A stretch of 64,000 nt of DNA from Camelus ferus (Eukaryota): NCBI RefSeq assembly GCF_009834535.1, contig NC_045697.1, positions 106,456,001-106,520,000 of the forward strand, read 5' to 3'. Position numbers and translations under genes: made by a program. The notes under the pieces were generated by a model, which was not told the DNA's origin, searched no databases, and worked only from the letters and a program-made list of their open reading frames with translations. Below, piece by piece: positions 26,901-38,309 of this stretch; positions within the stretch are counted from its first letter, which is position 1; every line of letters begins with the position of its first letter.

Positions 26901-27315
26901 ATCTCTTTGTTATAGGAGAATGGGAAGATAGGAACTTGCACTAGAAGGTAAATCAACACACTGCTTCCGTCACTGAGAAAGTCTTGCCGCCAAAATAAAA
27001 AAAAAGTTAGCTGAATTAAACATATGTTTAGTGACTTTGTATAGCACTGGTTACAGCACAATCTGAAAGCCCTAGAAAAAGAACTGAACATAATAAAAAG
27101 GATCATAAAAGTAAGAAGCTTACTAAATAAAAACTTTGCGTCTGTCAATTCTATTTAAGGTCAGGCCTGAAATTATATCAATAACTGTATTCTATGTTTT
27201 CCGTTATCTCTGATATTCTACACCTAGCTATGATGCTGACTAGGTAAAAAAGAAAAATTCAGAAAATATGGGTAAAGCATTAACATTATTTTACAATGGA
27301 GGAGTTGTACTAGAT

Positions 27316-27557
27316 CACTGGTTCTCAACTGAAGGTGATTTTGCCTCTCAGGTAGCATTTGGCAATATTAAGGAATATTGATTGTCACAGCTGGGACCCA
27401 GAGGAGGGGTGCAGGGAGATGGGTGACATGGATAGACTACTGGCATTTAGTGGATACTGGTAAACATCCTATGATGCACAGGACTGCCCACCCCACTCTC
27501 ACAAACAAAGATTTATCCAATCAAAAATGCCAATAGTGCTGAGGCTGAGAAACTCAT
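27316..27557 (+). mobile_element. MER20 inserted in a MIR 3' fragment
   Basis: CACTGGTTCTCAAC..GGTGATTTTGCC start and AATAGTGCTGAGGCTGAGAAAC end, flanked by ACTAGAT on both sides (27309-27315 and 27559-27565). Confidence 0.8.
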
Positions 27558-28314
27558 CACTAGATAATCTCTAAAGCCCCTTTTATCCCTAATATTCTGA
27601 TTCTTTATTTTGATGTTCACAAGGATTATATTCATTTTAGTGATCTAATGACAAGTGGGCAAAAGTAACTCCTTTAGCTAACATCAATTTCTGCAGTGAA
27701 AAATATTTAGTCTCTAAAGAAATAGCATACTATAATCTCAGTATAAATTTAAAAGTCAAAATGGTTATAATGTTCAACAAATTTCTATAATGTTGATCTT
27801 TTTTCTAATTGAATAAAAAAAATTAACAAGAGAAAAAAATGCCAGAAACTTCTGCCTAAAATGACTTATTTTTCTCTATTTGTTTAACACACTAGCTTAA
27901 AAATCCAAAAAAACATTCAAGAGACCTCGGTTAAATCAACACCTCTGTATTGATCTCACACAGAGCCTTAAGCAGGGTTCTATATTCTGGGCTTTCAGTT
28001 TCTGTTTGTTTTTACTGGAAAACAGAGATATCACTTGAAGGCTACAACTAAGAATGGCACAAAAATAAGAAGGTTTATAGTATTTCTTAAGACTTTTAAA
28101 CTTTTCTGCAGTTAGAAAAAAAATGCTACCATGAAATCAGTTTTATTCTAACATTCTACATGAGGATTCTGCAAATTCTTTAAATTAAATGACTACTCCT
28201 TTTAGATACATTTTATATTGTACTACAAAATTTTGATCAAGTTAAAATACTAATTCAAGAGAATATTTATCTTACTGCATTAAAAATTATTTCCTGGTAA
28301 TTTCTAATCCTTAC

Positions 28315-28462
28315 TAGATGGTATCATTGTGACTGTAAGATTCATCAGTGCCACTATGTTTTGATGAAAGACCAAAGATTCTCACAAAGGATGTCAGTCA
28401 TGCCCCTGGAATTACATCCTTCTATTCGATCTGTTCCAACTTTCTCAGCTGGCACGTGCATA
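28315..28462 (-). other. Candidate 5'UTR exon 2 (148 nt)
   Basis: Long polypyrimidine tract ttttctctttttttcttttc followed by aAG|TATGCAC, and donor CTA|GTAAGG. The sequence is unique and has stops in all three frames, so it is not a through-coding exon. Confidence 0.65.
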
Positions 28463-28949
28463 CTTGAAAAGAAAAAAAGAGAAAACCTCAAGTTCCCAGG
28501 ATGGTCTTTTGTCTTCAGTTCTTTTTGCAAGGAGAAATGATCTTGTCTCTGCATCTCCCACTACAGTTCTGTCGAGTGGTTCCAAAAGCACTTATCCCCA
28601 AATACTTGGATATTGCTCTTAAGTGTTCTTGAAAGTCATGAAATCTTTTATGTTCACAGCCATAAACAAACAGGGTTTTGTAAGCCTTACATAAATATTA
28701 ATGACTGTATGCTAAGCATCAGATGCAAAACGGGCAATCAGGATTTTTATTTAAATTTAAAGATGTAGGATAGAAATGTCAAGTCCATAGGCAAAAACTG
28801 AAGACTAGAACTCAACAGGCAATATGGACAACTGAAAAGGTACCAAAATGAGTAGTGAAACCAAAATAAAACAATACGGGCAGACTTGCAAGACAAGTAA
28901 CCTTGTTTCAAACTATCAATAAAATGGAGTATTTAAGAGCAAAGTCTCT

Positions 28950-29140
28950 GAAGTTTCAGCTCTGCCTATGAGATCTGTAACTTAATCTCTGTATGTTTTG
29001 ATTTCCTTATCAGTAAAACAGAATTTTAAACATATTTACTCCATAGAGTTAGTATCAGTATCAAATGAGTCCACATGTTAATGTGTTTGCTCAGTGCCTG
29101 ACACAGAGCATGCACTTCATGTGCATTGACTATTATTCAG
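28950..29140 (+). mobile_element. MIR fragment
   Basis: AACTTAATCTCTGT..TTTCCTTATCAGTAAAA..CAGTGCCTGACACA. Confidence 0.65.
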
Positions 29141-29174
29141 AAAAATGATATAGAAATTACTCAAAGATCTAGAC

Positions 29175-29404
29175 GAGGGGTTGCAAACTACAGTCTAGCC
29201 CACAAGCCAAATCCAGCTAGCCACCTGTTTTTATAGATGGTTTTCTTGGAAGACAGCCATGCCCCATTCATTTATGTATTGTCTAGGGCTGTTTTCAGCC
29301 TTCGGCAGCAAAGTGGAGTCCTTGTCACAGAGACCATATGGCCTGCAAAGCCTAAAATATTGACTACCTAGATCTTTACTGTTTTTAAGGATCTGTTGTC
29401 CCTG
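29175..29404 (+). mobile_element. MER58A (hAT-Charlie MITE)
   Basis: AGGGGTTGCAAACTAC..GCCAAATCCAGC..CCTGTTTTT..CAGAGACCATATGGCCTGCAAAGCCTAAAATATT. Confidence 0.85.
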
Positions 29405-30709
29405 CAAGGGGGAAAAAAAAGACAATAAACATGCTGATAATCATCAAGAAGCAGAGCCCAAGTCCCCTCTGCTTACACATGTCCGAAGCTTTTTTGGAAG
29501 TTCTTCCCCTAAAGGGTTTTGATTTGAAAGGGGATGAGAGGACCTGGACTGGTGAGGAAAGAGAAAACAAGCACATCCTACAGGGATGAAAGGGAAAACA
29601 GCTTTTCTTCTTCAAATACTGGGTTCTTGCAACTGATAGCCACTGTCATGGTTGGTGTCTCTTTCAGGGATTTAAAATAAGACCATTTTTAAAGTGTTCT
29701 TGAGAGACTATACAGAGTTGTGGTTAAGAGCATAAACACTGGGGCTAGGCTTCTTGGGTTCAAATCCTGGCTCTGCCATTAACTGGCTGTGTGACCTTGG
29801 AAAATTAATTAATCTCTCTGTAGTTAAACATTAAATAGATTAGTAAAAGCACCTCCTATTTAACATTAGTAATTCATTCCTAAAAACTGAATGTTGTATG
29901 CACAAATGCTCACCATACTGCACTATTTTAAAAAAAGAAAATCCTTTAAGGGTGTGTCCCACCTCACACATCCCACTGGTTACTTACACACATGTACACA
30001 ACCACTGTGTCCTGACTCCCTGACTCCACGATAACCCATTACGTGTGTGCGCCCGTCCTAGTTGGAGCTTTGAGCACAATACTGTCACCTTCCTTAAAAC
30101 AAACCAACCAACCAACCCTAAAGCAGTAAAACTGTGTCTATTTATAATTATCAAAGCATCACTCTAGGATTTAGATGTTCAAAACATCTCTTTCTGATCA
30201 CTAATCATTAATGTTTATTTTTAAAAAGTTTATTTGTATGAAGTAACATCTTTTCCATTAGTTGCTCTTCTCGGTTGTTCTGCTATTTCACTATTTTCTT
30301 CAACACTTTCTCATTGGACGGTTTTAGGCAAAACAAGGCCTCAACACAAAAAGTACTGTGGAAAATGCGTTCGGAACCAGCGCACGACGGCGGGGCGGGT
30401 TGCCGCTCTAAGCACCAGGCCGCGAGACCCGTCATCCAAGACGCCCAACATCTCGGCTTTTCAAGACGTCCGTTCGCAATTCTGGCTTTCTCTCATTTTG
30501 GAATAACCTCAGACTTTTTCTACACATCCGGTTTTACATAATGTATGCAGTATGGGAAATGTAAATAGAAATTTTTCCCACATAAACAATGCCTGAGAAG
30601 AATGTACACTCTACGACGTCTCAGTATTAAAAACCAAAGGAAAGCTCCCAAACCGCCCCTCAACCCTCTTCTGACTCTCTTCTGACTCGACCACACGCCC
30701 GCCGCTCAC

Positions 30710-30790
30710 CGGTCTCCCGCCCTTGGGTCTCCACAGCGGTTTTGCCTCTTCCTCAGCCTCGGCGCCTTCACCTTCCGGTCAGAACAAGCC
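30710..30790 (-). other. Candidate non-coding first exon of a minus-strand gene that extends beyond the left edge
   Basis: The donor CCG|GTGAGC (plus strand GCTCAC, 30704-30709) lies just downstream of the ETS and GC-box cluster. The exon has no ATG. The 5' boundary (TSS) is estimated. Confidence 0.7.
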
Positions 30791-30856
30791 CCGCCCCCAG
30801 CACCAGGTTCCACCCTGTCCCACCCAACCCCGCCCCCCAGCAGGCCCCGCCCTCCC

Positions 30857-30968
30857 CCTCAGCTCCTCAGCTCCTCAGCTCCTCAGCTCCTCAGCTCCTC
30901 AGCTCCTCAGCCCCTCAGCTCCTCAGCCCCTCTGCCCCTCAGCCCCTCAGCCCCTCAGCCCCTCAGCT
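30857..30968. repeat. Tandem repeat of 14 x 8 bp (CCTCAGCY) in the promoter
   Basis: Counted directly: the units are CCTCAGCT or CCTCAGCC, with one CCTCTGCC variant. Confidence 0.97.
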
Positions 30969-31099
30969 CCCTGGGCCGCTTCCCCAGGGGCGGCGACTAG
31001 AGCGACGACTTGGTCAGAGTTCACCAGGGCTTAGCCCTCCACCCACGGCTGAGGCTTCCAGACTTTAGAAAGCTCCTGCAAACGGAGAGTGTCCTCAGG

Positions 31100-31754
31100 A
31101 TATAAAGGGTGTTTCTCAAAGGCAAAGAGGCCCTCCGCTGCTTTTCAAGAGGGACATAGCTACAGATAAAAACAGTGGCCATTTCCAAACCTCGGGTGTA
31201 GCTGTAGTTCACCAAGATGATGGACAGAGGTCTCCGCAAACTTCAGGTGTAGCCCGCCCTGCTCCAAAGTCTTTGTAAGCCTGCGGCCTCTTAATCTGAT
31301 GCCCCAGGACTACTAGAAAATGGATGCGAAGAAATTGGTAATTGCTGGAAATAGCACAGATCTAGATGTCACCTCAATGTCAGAACTTCCCCTCTGGGTT
31401 CCCTCTTTTGGCTACGCACTGGCGGGCATCTTCCCTGCTCTGAACTCCCACGGGCACCACTTGGGGGTCACACATAAAGCGATGACCAAAGAAACTACTG
31501 CAGGAGCAGACTGGTGGTTTCCAGTTCTGTGATGCTCTGTTCTCTGCCTCACCGACTCCTCCGTGATCCGGGAGTTGGAGCCCAGGAGAAGCCAGACACC
31601 CTTTCTCAATGCTCTAAGGACACAAAGTTTCAACTTTTCAGGGCATATTCTCAATCCTACCTCAAACACCCGACCTGCTACGTACTCACACCTGCACAAC
31701 CGCTGTATCCTGACTCCACGATGACCAGTTACATACAACACTAACCTTTCCCAG
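31100..31754 (+). ncRNA. Possible first exon of a divergent lncRNA
   Basis: TATAAAG at 31101-31107, moderately CpG-retaining unique sequence, and a consensus donor CAG|GTGAGT at 31754/31755. No expression evidence. Confidence 0.3.
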
Positions 31755-32594
31755 GTGAGTGTCAGTCTTAGCTGGGGCTTTCCGAAGGATGCTATCTCCT
31801 AAAAATGAGTTTTAAAAAGTTGAGAATACAGAATTAGATCTGCATATTAAAAGGCTATATATACATATTTGTTTGTCAGACTTCTGGGGGCCACCATGAC
31901 CTATATACTATCTGTTATCTATCTAAGGTTAAAACAGAAGTGAGAAAAAAATGTGTCAGAAAATAATGGAGTCAGACCATCGGTGTTGGGGAGTTGGAGT
32001 AGGGGAAGGGGGCTGTGCAGCAAAGTGGAAAATATGCTTTGTAGGTTTGGTGGCAGTCAGGACCTTCAGCAGAAGAAAACACCATGGGCCAGGCAGTTGG
32101 GAAACCCTGAGCCATTAGTTTACGGCTCTCACTCTCCAGTCTTTCCTCTTGTGAGACTCTGAACCTTATCTCCATGAGGAGCCTTATCTTCACTTTCCTC
32201 ACCACTCCCTACCACCCTCCCCCAACCATTACCATTGCCCCACTATTGCCACATCAATAAACTCAGTGCCAGAACCTGATTAAGTATTAGCCCTTCAGGG
32301 CTTAGGGCTGGGATCTGCTAAGTTTCCTTAAATGTTAGGTGCCCACTTGGGTAGGGAAGGAAATAGAAAAGACTGTGAATTCACTCCACATTCTCTTTGC
32401 CTCAATGGTTACATTTTGCCAGTTTTGAGAACATTCCCGAACTGTAAGGAAAAGGTGATATGAAACAAAAATTTTTCATTCACAAAGAGCATTTTTCATG
32501 AAATATTTACAGTATTTAAAATTTCAATTTAGCACAAAATGACTTTTGCTTTTACTATGAAAATAAATGCATAATCCAAATTTTCACAGTTCAC

Positions 32595-33118
32595 AACACC
32601 CTGAGTATCACAGTAATCTTTTTATAGCAATTTTTGTTGAAGAAAAAGAAATAACTATTTGTTTATTAAGTAGTTATGTCTAATCAATTTAATAGGTATT
32701 TATATACCAAGATGGTAGCCTTTGAAAAAATTATAAACACTAATAGAAAGAAGATACATTTATTTTATTCTTAAATAGCAACAATTATTTTTGGGATGTG
32801 TGAGCTTTGGGGCACACAAGATTCTCCAATCTTGGAATCAGATTGCACACCACCTTCTTTCCCTATTCCGTACAGATTTTTACTTATTATATCTTTTCTC
32901 AAAGGAACCACTAAAGCTTTGCAAAGATATGGCATTACCAAAAGGAATGTAGCACTGTCTCATATTGAAACTTTAAACTACCTCAAGCTAATAATCTGTT
33001 CCATTTCTGACAGATGACAAGTATCATGTTTCCTTGAATATTGTAAATATCCTTCAGTTTCCTTGTGAGTTCATTCCAGTGCTTCAGGGTGCCGCAGCAC
33101 ACAGTTTGAGAGCCATGG
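32595..33118 (-). mobile_element. hAT Charlie-family DNA transposon remnant (Charlie4-like)
   Basis: Terminus GGTGCCGCAGCACACAGTTTGAGAGCCA. The minus strand keeps decayed C-terminal transposase-like sequence (CAATCTGATTCCAAGATT...CACACATCCCA). Confidence 0.7.
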
Positions 33119-35819
33119 GTTTAAATTCTGTCTAACGAGGTGTAGTCACATGACACTGAACAAATGTATCCGCCGGTAGACTGGGTATGCATGAGAGTGT
33201 TTGCAGTTACATTTATGTTTACAACTTTGGCTGCCATGTTGATTACAGAAACAATTCTTACACCCTCACAGTAATTTGATGCACTCAGAGCAAAATGTCC
33301 ATCACATCTTCTATAGATCTAAGATCTTTTTCACTCCTCCAGGTAGGCACATTTTCTAGATCCCAGGTTTCATTTTCTAACTCTTTCAGTTTACTTAAGG
33401 AGAATAGTATCAAGGAAAGATATTATTAATTACTAAATGCAGGATTACTCCTTGCATATCACTAGAGTGTGGGATTGTTTTGTCATTTGTGCCAATCAAT
33501 CTGAATTATCAAGTTAAAACAATGGTATGATGTCAAAAACTGATTTTAGAATTCTAGTGTAGCTTATTTTGAAGAGAATCATGAAAGAAGCATGAATATA
33601 TGAACATATTTACTAATTCCGGATTATATACATCCCTGATTCATGTGCAGTTATGTGAGGTTGAATGTCTTGTACATAAAAAGGAAAGATCATGTTTATT
33701 TTAAACTATAACTCAGAAGATATCATGCCATAGCTCTTTGAGCTCTGATCACTCACATACTCAAAAAAATATATTACTGCTTTTCAGAGACACCAAATAT
33801 ATTTAAATTAAACATGTTAACATTATGACTGGATCATTTGCAGCAAATACAAAGCTAAGTCATAAGTAATTCAAAAAGGTCTAAGTTTCCTGCCTCTGAA
33901 TTGATCCAAACAACCACAGCTGCATTTTAATGAATAGGACTTAACACAACCATGCTAAAAGACTTGTATTTCTTCTCATTCCTCCAAATGATCTTTCAAA
34001 GCATTTGCTGGTTGATATTGCAAATACATTTTATATTTATAATTTCACTTCAGGCTTGAACATGATTATTTTTCTGTTTAGTCTCCAATATTACTCTAGC
34101 TCACTGCTACTGACTGATTCTTTGAACAAGTAGAGAATCTAATTATGTAATTTCCATTTTTCTATGTGTAGAAAGATGTGATAGGATTTAATTTGTCTTG
34201 CTGTATGCAGTTATGAAATCTGACATCAGTAGAATCTATATTTGTAAGCATTTTATAGAAGACAGGACAAGGAATGTTTGCTAATATGATCTTTCTCACT
34301 GTACCCTCCTTTAAGCCATTTAAAAAAACTGAATCTTGACCCGGACCTTGTCAAATAAGTAGGTTCTAGAGTATAGAAAGAAAAAGGACCCCCTTTCCAA
34401 ATCAGGTGAATAGCAAGTGAAAAAAAATGACCAAGGAGAGAATGGCATATTAGGTGAGAAGATCAGACAGGTTGGAACAGCAACACTGAACCAGCAGGTT
34501 GACGAGGAGAGATATTACAAACTCTGGAGTTTGTAACAAAGTGCAAGAGCAAAACAGACTTACATATTGTTCAGGCAGACTGTCAGAACTATAATTAATC
34601 CATAGGCAGGTCATAGTGACAAGAGCCTCTGCTACTTACATGAGAGTCAGTGGGAATTGTGTGTGGTTCTGGGAGTTAATTTACAACAGGATAAAATTTT
34701 AAAGTCTGTAGCTAAGACTAAAGGAGGCATAGTTCAACTCTCCCAAGGTAACAAGAGTGGAAAGAGATATGTAGACTGGAGATCAGAGCAACATCCCTAG
34801 TCCTCAAAGGAAACAATGATATCATGCAAAACAACTGGCTGGTGTAAGGTGTGGGGTCAAGGTCGAAGCCCAGTCCAAGGTGCAGTGCCATGACTCAAGG
34901 GTCATTAAGGAAGTTTAGAGGGCTTGTCTAGGTGCCCCAGATCTTGAGGTCTGCTAGTCAACGAGACAATTCTTTTTTTTTTTAATTTCAGCCTTATTAA
35001 GGTATAATTGACAAATAAAATTGTAAACTATTCAAAGTGTGCATCATGGTGATTCGATACACTCAAGAAGGCTTAATCCTAAACCCCAAACTGATGAGAC
35101 ACCTACTGGCCACATCAAGTCTGTATAGTATGTGGAACAGCCTTGGGTCCCACTGACAAATACATCTCTAGGAGTCGGAGAACAGAGACAAGAGAAACAA
35201 CTCACAGGCACTAAAACAGGCACCAAGTGAGAAATATGCTTAAGAGGGGGGGCATCTCCTGGAGGATTTTGAAAAGCAGGCCAAGAAGTTGGGACTCGAT
35301 TCAAGATTATGTATGAATAATCCTAAGGGCAATATGGTGCCGTAATAACAAGATGGAAGCAGCATCCTACAGGATTACATCAGCGTTTCTTTCCACTACC
35401 TCACATTTTAATTACTCACTCCTCTAAGTCCATTCCCAGAGCCACAGTGCCCATGCATAGTCCCTCCTCATATTCTTGTTTGTTCTGTTTCTTCAGAAGC
35501 ACAGTGGCCCACCTAATTTGGGAAAAAATCTCCCAGCTCCCAAGCCCAAGAGGCTATTTCTTACAGTTACACAAAAACCATAATGATGTTAGAGAATTCA
35601 TTTGACTCAAGGTCCCCAGAGTATCAAAGACGGACCTCTTTGCTGCAGCTGGCTGCTGCTTTGTACTGGGTGATGCATCAGGGAGCTTGAAAAGTTCAAC
35701 AATTATGCCCATCACCAGTCTCCTCTCTAAGTATCTGCCACAACAGATCTGCTAAATAGTCAGTGAAAGATTTCTAACTCTGACATTAGCAATGGTGACA
35801 TCTCTGCCTATGTTAGAGA

Positions 35820-36990
35820 AAATTCTAATTTTTTTCCTCCCACATTTGCTCCTCCCCAATCTTCACTCTCTCAGTAAATATCACTTTCCACCTGTTTAGC
35901 AGGGTATATGGAATATGTGTGGAAGTCTTCTTTGACTACTCACTCCCTCTAACATCTCACATGAAATCCATTAGCAAGGTTTGTTGGCTCTTTTTTTTCA
36001 TATAAATCTGACCACTTTTCACTACCACTGTCTCTGTCACCCTAGTCCAAGATCCAGTCATCTCTCACCATCATTCCTGAAATAGCCTGTAACATGACCC
36101 CCATGTAACATGTTTCCAATCATTCCCCCTGTGATCAACACTGCTGGCCATCTATACAATATCCAGTCTGCCCTTCTTTCTTACTAATGGACCCCTGATT
36201 TTATTCAGGAATACAGAGTAAGCAGCTCAATCTACACCTTCTGAGCTCCTCTTGCAGCTAAAGATAGCCATTTGACCCTGTTCTGGCCAAAGAGAAATAA
36301 TCATAATCTTGAGCAGAGAGCTTCCAAAAGAGCTTTTCAGAAACAACAGACCAATAACCACACTTTGCTCTCCTTCTACTTCCTTCCAGGAATGTGATCA
36401 TGATATCAAAAGTGAAACAGCTGAGGAGGGAGGGTATAGCTCAGTGGTGGAGTTCATACCTAGCATGCACAAGGTCCTGGGTTCAATCCCCAGCACCTGC
36501 ATTAAAAATAAATAAATAAATAAAAACTTAATTACCTCCTCTTCCCCAAGGGGAAAAAAAAAGTGAAACAGCTGTATTGCGACCAAAAGAGAAACACGAG
36601 AGACACCACATGCTAAAGGTGGTGCACAGGAAAGTGGAAGATGCCTGGATTCTTGACAATATCACTGAACCCAAAGAGGATGGACAGCCTGCTCTCAGTG
36701 TTCTGATTATGTGAGACAAAGAAAACTCTGGCTTGTTTTAGGCACTGTTTGTAGAGTTCTCTGCTGTTTTCCGCTGAAAGCATTCTTAATAGATAAAACC
36801 CCTTTTTGTTCAGGCTTCCAGGTAATGGCCAACATGAGCTTTGCAAAGATTGGATTCCCATCAAACCCAGAAAAAATTTCCAAACTCTTTACGTGGCCTG
36901 AAAGGTCCTGTAAGGTCTGGCCCCCGCCTATCTTTCTGACTTTTCCTCTATCAGTCCTTTTTTTGGTACACTAACCTTTCTGCCACTAAA
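35820..36990 (+). mobile_element. L2 remnant interrupted by an MLT1-like LTR (~36150-36790), which itself contains the SINE
   Basis: L2-like sequence at ~35820-36130 resumes at ~36850-36990. Between them are MLT1-like motifs (CTCCTCTTGCAGCTA, GTTCTGGCCAAAGAGA, TATGTGAGACAAAGAAAACTC). Confidence 0.65.
36424..36558 (+). mobile_element. Camelid-type tRNA-Ala-derived SINE
   Basis: A box TAGCTCAGTGG, AGC anticodon-like arm, B box GGTTCAATCC and A-rich tail. Perfect 16-bp TSD AAAAGTGAAACAGCTG at 36408-36423 and 36559-36574. Confidence 0.92.
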
Positions 36991-38309
36991 ACAATGTGTG
37001 TTGTTCTGAAGTAAAGGAGAATAGTATAAGAACAGAACCTACACTTTTCTCCTTTAAGTAGCCTACAGTCGCCTCCCAAAGGACTAACACATTCCTTGAT
37101 GCCTTATTTACATTTCAACTGTCTTGGTGCCAATTTATGCTTTCCTCACTCACATTGGGTGAGACCAGGAGTTAGAGAGGACTGTTGAGTCACCACCTAA
37201 TCTCCTTTCCCCAGTCCCTCCGCTTCTACAACCTTCCTCTCCATCTTTACTACAGGTACTGCTGGGTCACCCTATTGGGAAGACTCTTAAAAAGCTATCC
37301 ACCTGGAATGCAAAATGCCTATATCTGGTCCCTTAATCTCATTATTAGATAAATTGCTTATTCAACTTTTCAGCTTCTGATCTTTGGATTTGTCCCCAAA
37401 ATGTCTAAAATGGCACTCAAGACAGATGATACAGCCCCTAAATATACGAAGAATTCTCCTCACCAGCCTGCTAAGGCTACTCGTAAGATTTACATCTCTA
37501 AGTTGGATTGATCATGCTGCTGAGATTGTACCTTCAACAATCCTGTGAGTTTATTAAACATCGTAGGGTTTATTGAAACAAAGCTGAGGGACTTTATTGT
37601 GATACATGGTGAGTCTTACAAATTTTAAGGAGCATAGCACAATTCTGATTAAGAATCTCAAAATCTTTGGCTTCAAAATAGGTTTAAAGCATATGAATCC
37701 CAAGAACTAGATTATCTGAGATCAAACTCTTCAGTCCTCTTCCCAGTCATTTTGCATAAAAAGCTTCTCAAATCCAAGGTGGAAGGCGAAGTCAATATCA
37801 CAGTGGACTCGTCATCAAGTGGCCATGCACGCTTTCTTTTTTGTACAGCTTCTTGTCAACTGAACAGCCCCCTCACTGTCCAAAGGCACATTAGAGTAGC
37901 AGTAGGAAAGGAACAAGCAGGTCTTCAGTATTCCTCCACGGGGGTCAAAAGTATTCTCACTAACCTAACCATGAGTTACTCAACTACAATAACAAAACAA
38001 AAAGTGAACCAGCATGCAAGCAGAATGTTAACCAGGAGCTGGATACTATGGTACTCCAAGATTTCTAAGAATATTTTAATTCCTTTTTAAAAACATATGC
38101 AACTCTTTTTAAAGCCATTATCTAAGCCACATGGACACTTGAATGTACGAAATAGAAAATTTTAAACACATCAAAGATCTTTGACTGATTAACTAACTAC
38201 TGCCTGGTTCATTCATTTTATTTACACCTTAGACCATAGCTTCTCCCCTCTCCCCCCACCTTTCTAGGCATACAGTATAGTATTTATTTTAAATATGAAA
38301 CGTACAGTT

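Larger units (their letters stand above)
30360..31060. promoter_or_regulatory. CpG-rich promoter region, probably bidirectional
   Basis: This is the strongest CpG/GC-rich stretch in the window, as two clusters (~30360-30480 and ~30690-31050). It has an ETS core CCGGAAG on the minus strand (30772-30778), GC boxes CCCCGCCC(CC) at 30789-30798, 30828-30838 and 30845-30852, and an adjacent minus-strand splice donor. Confidence 0.85.

Noticed and set aside
30857..30968. CRISPR-like array or immunoglobulin switch region
   Set aside because: There are no spacers and this is eukaryotic DNA. At 112 bp it is far shorter than a switch region, and no Ig constant exons are nearby.
30723..31068. Pro/Ser-rich ORFs with PQLLSSSA repeats
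   Set aside because: These are translations of the 8-bp tandem repeat and start at TTG rather than ATG.
36424..36500. Functional tRNA-Ala gene (also the copies at 52.7, 59.9 and 61.9 kb)
   Set aside because: Degenerate stems, A-rich tails and TSDs mark these as SINE retrocopies.
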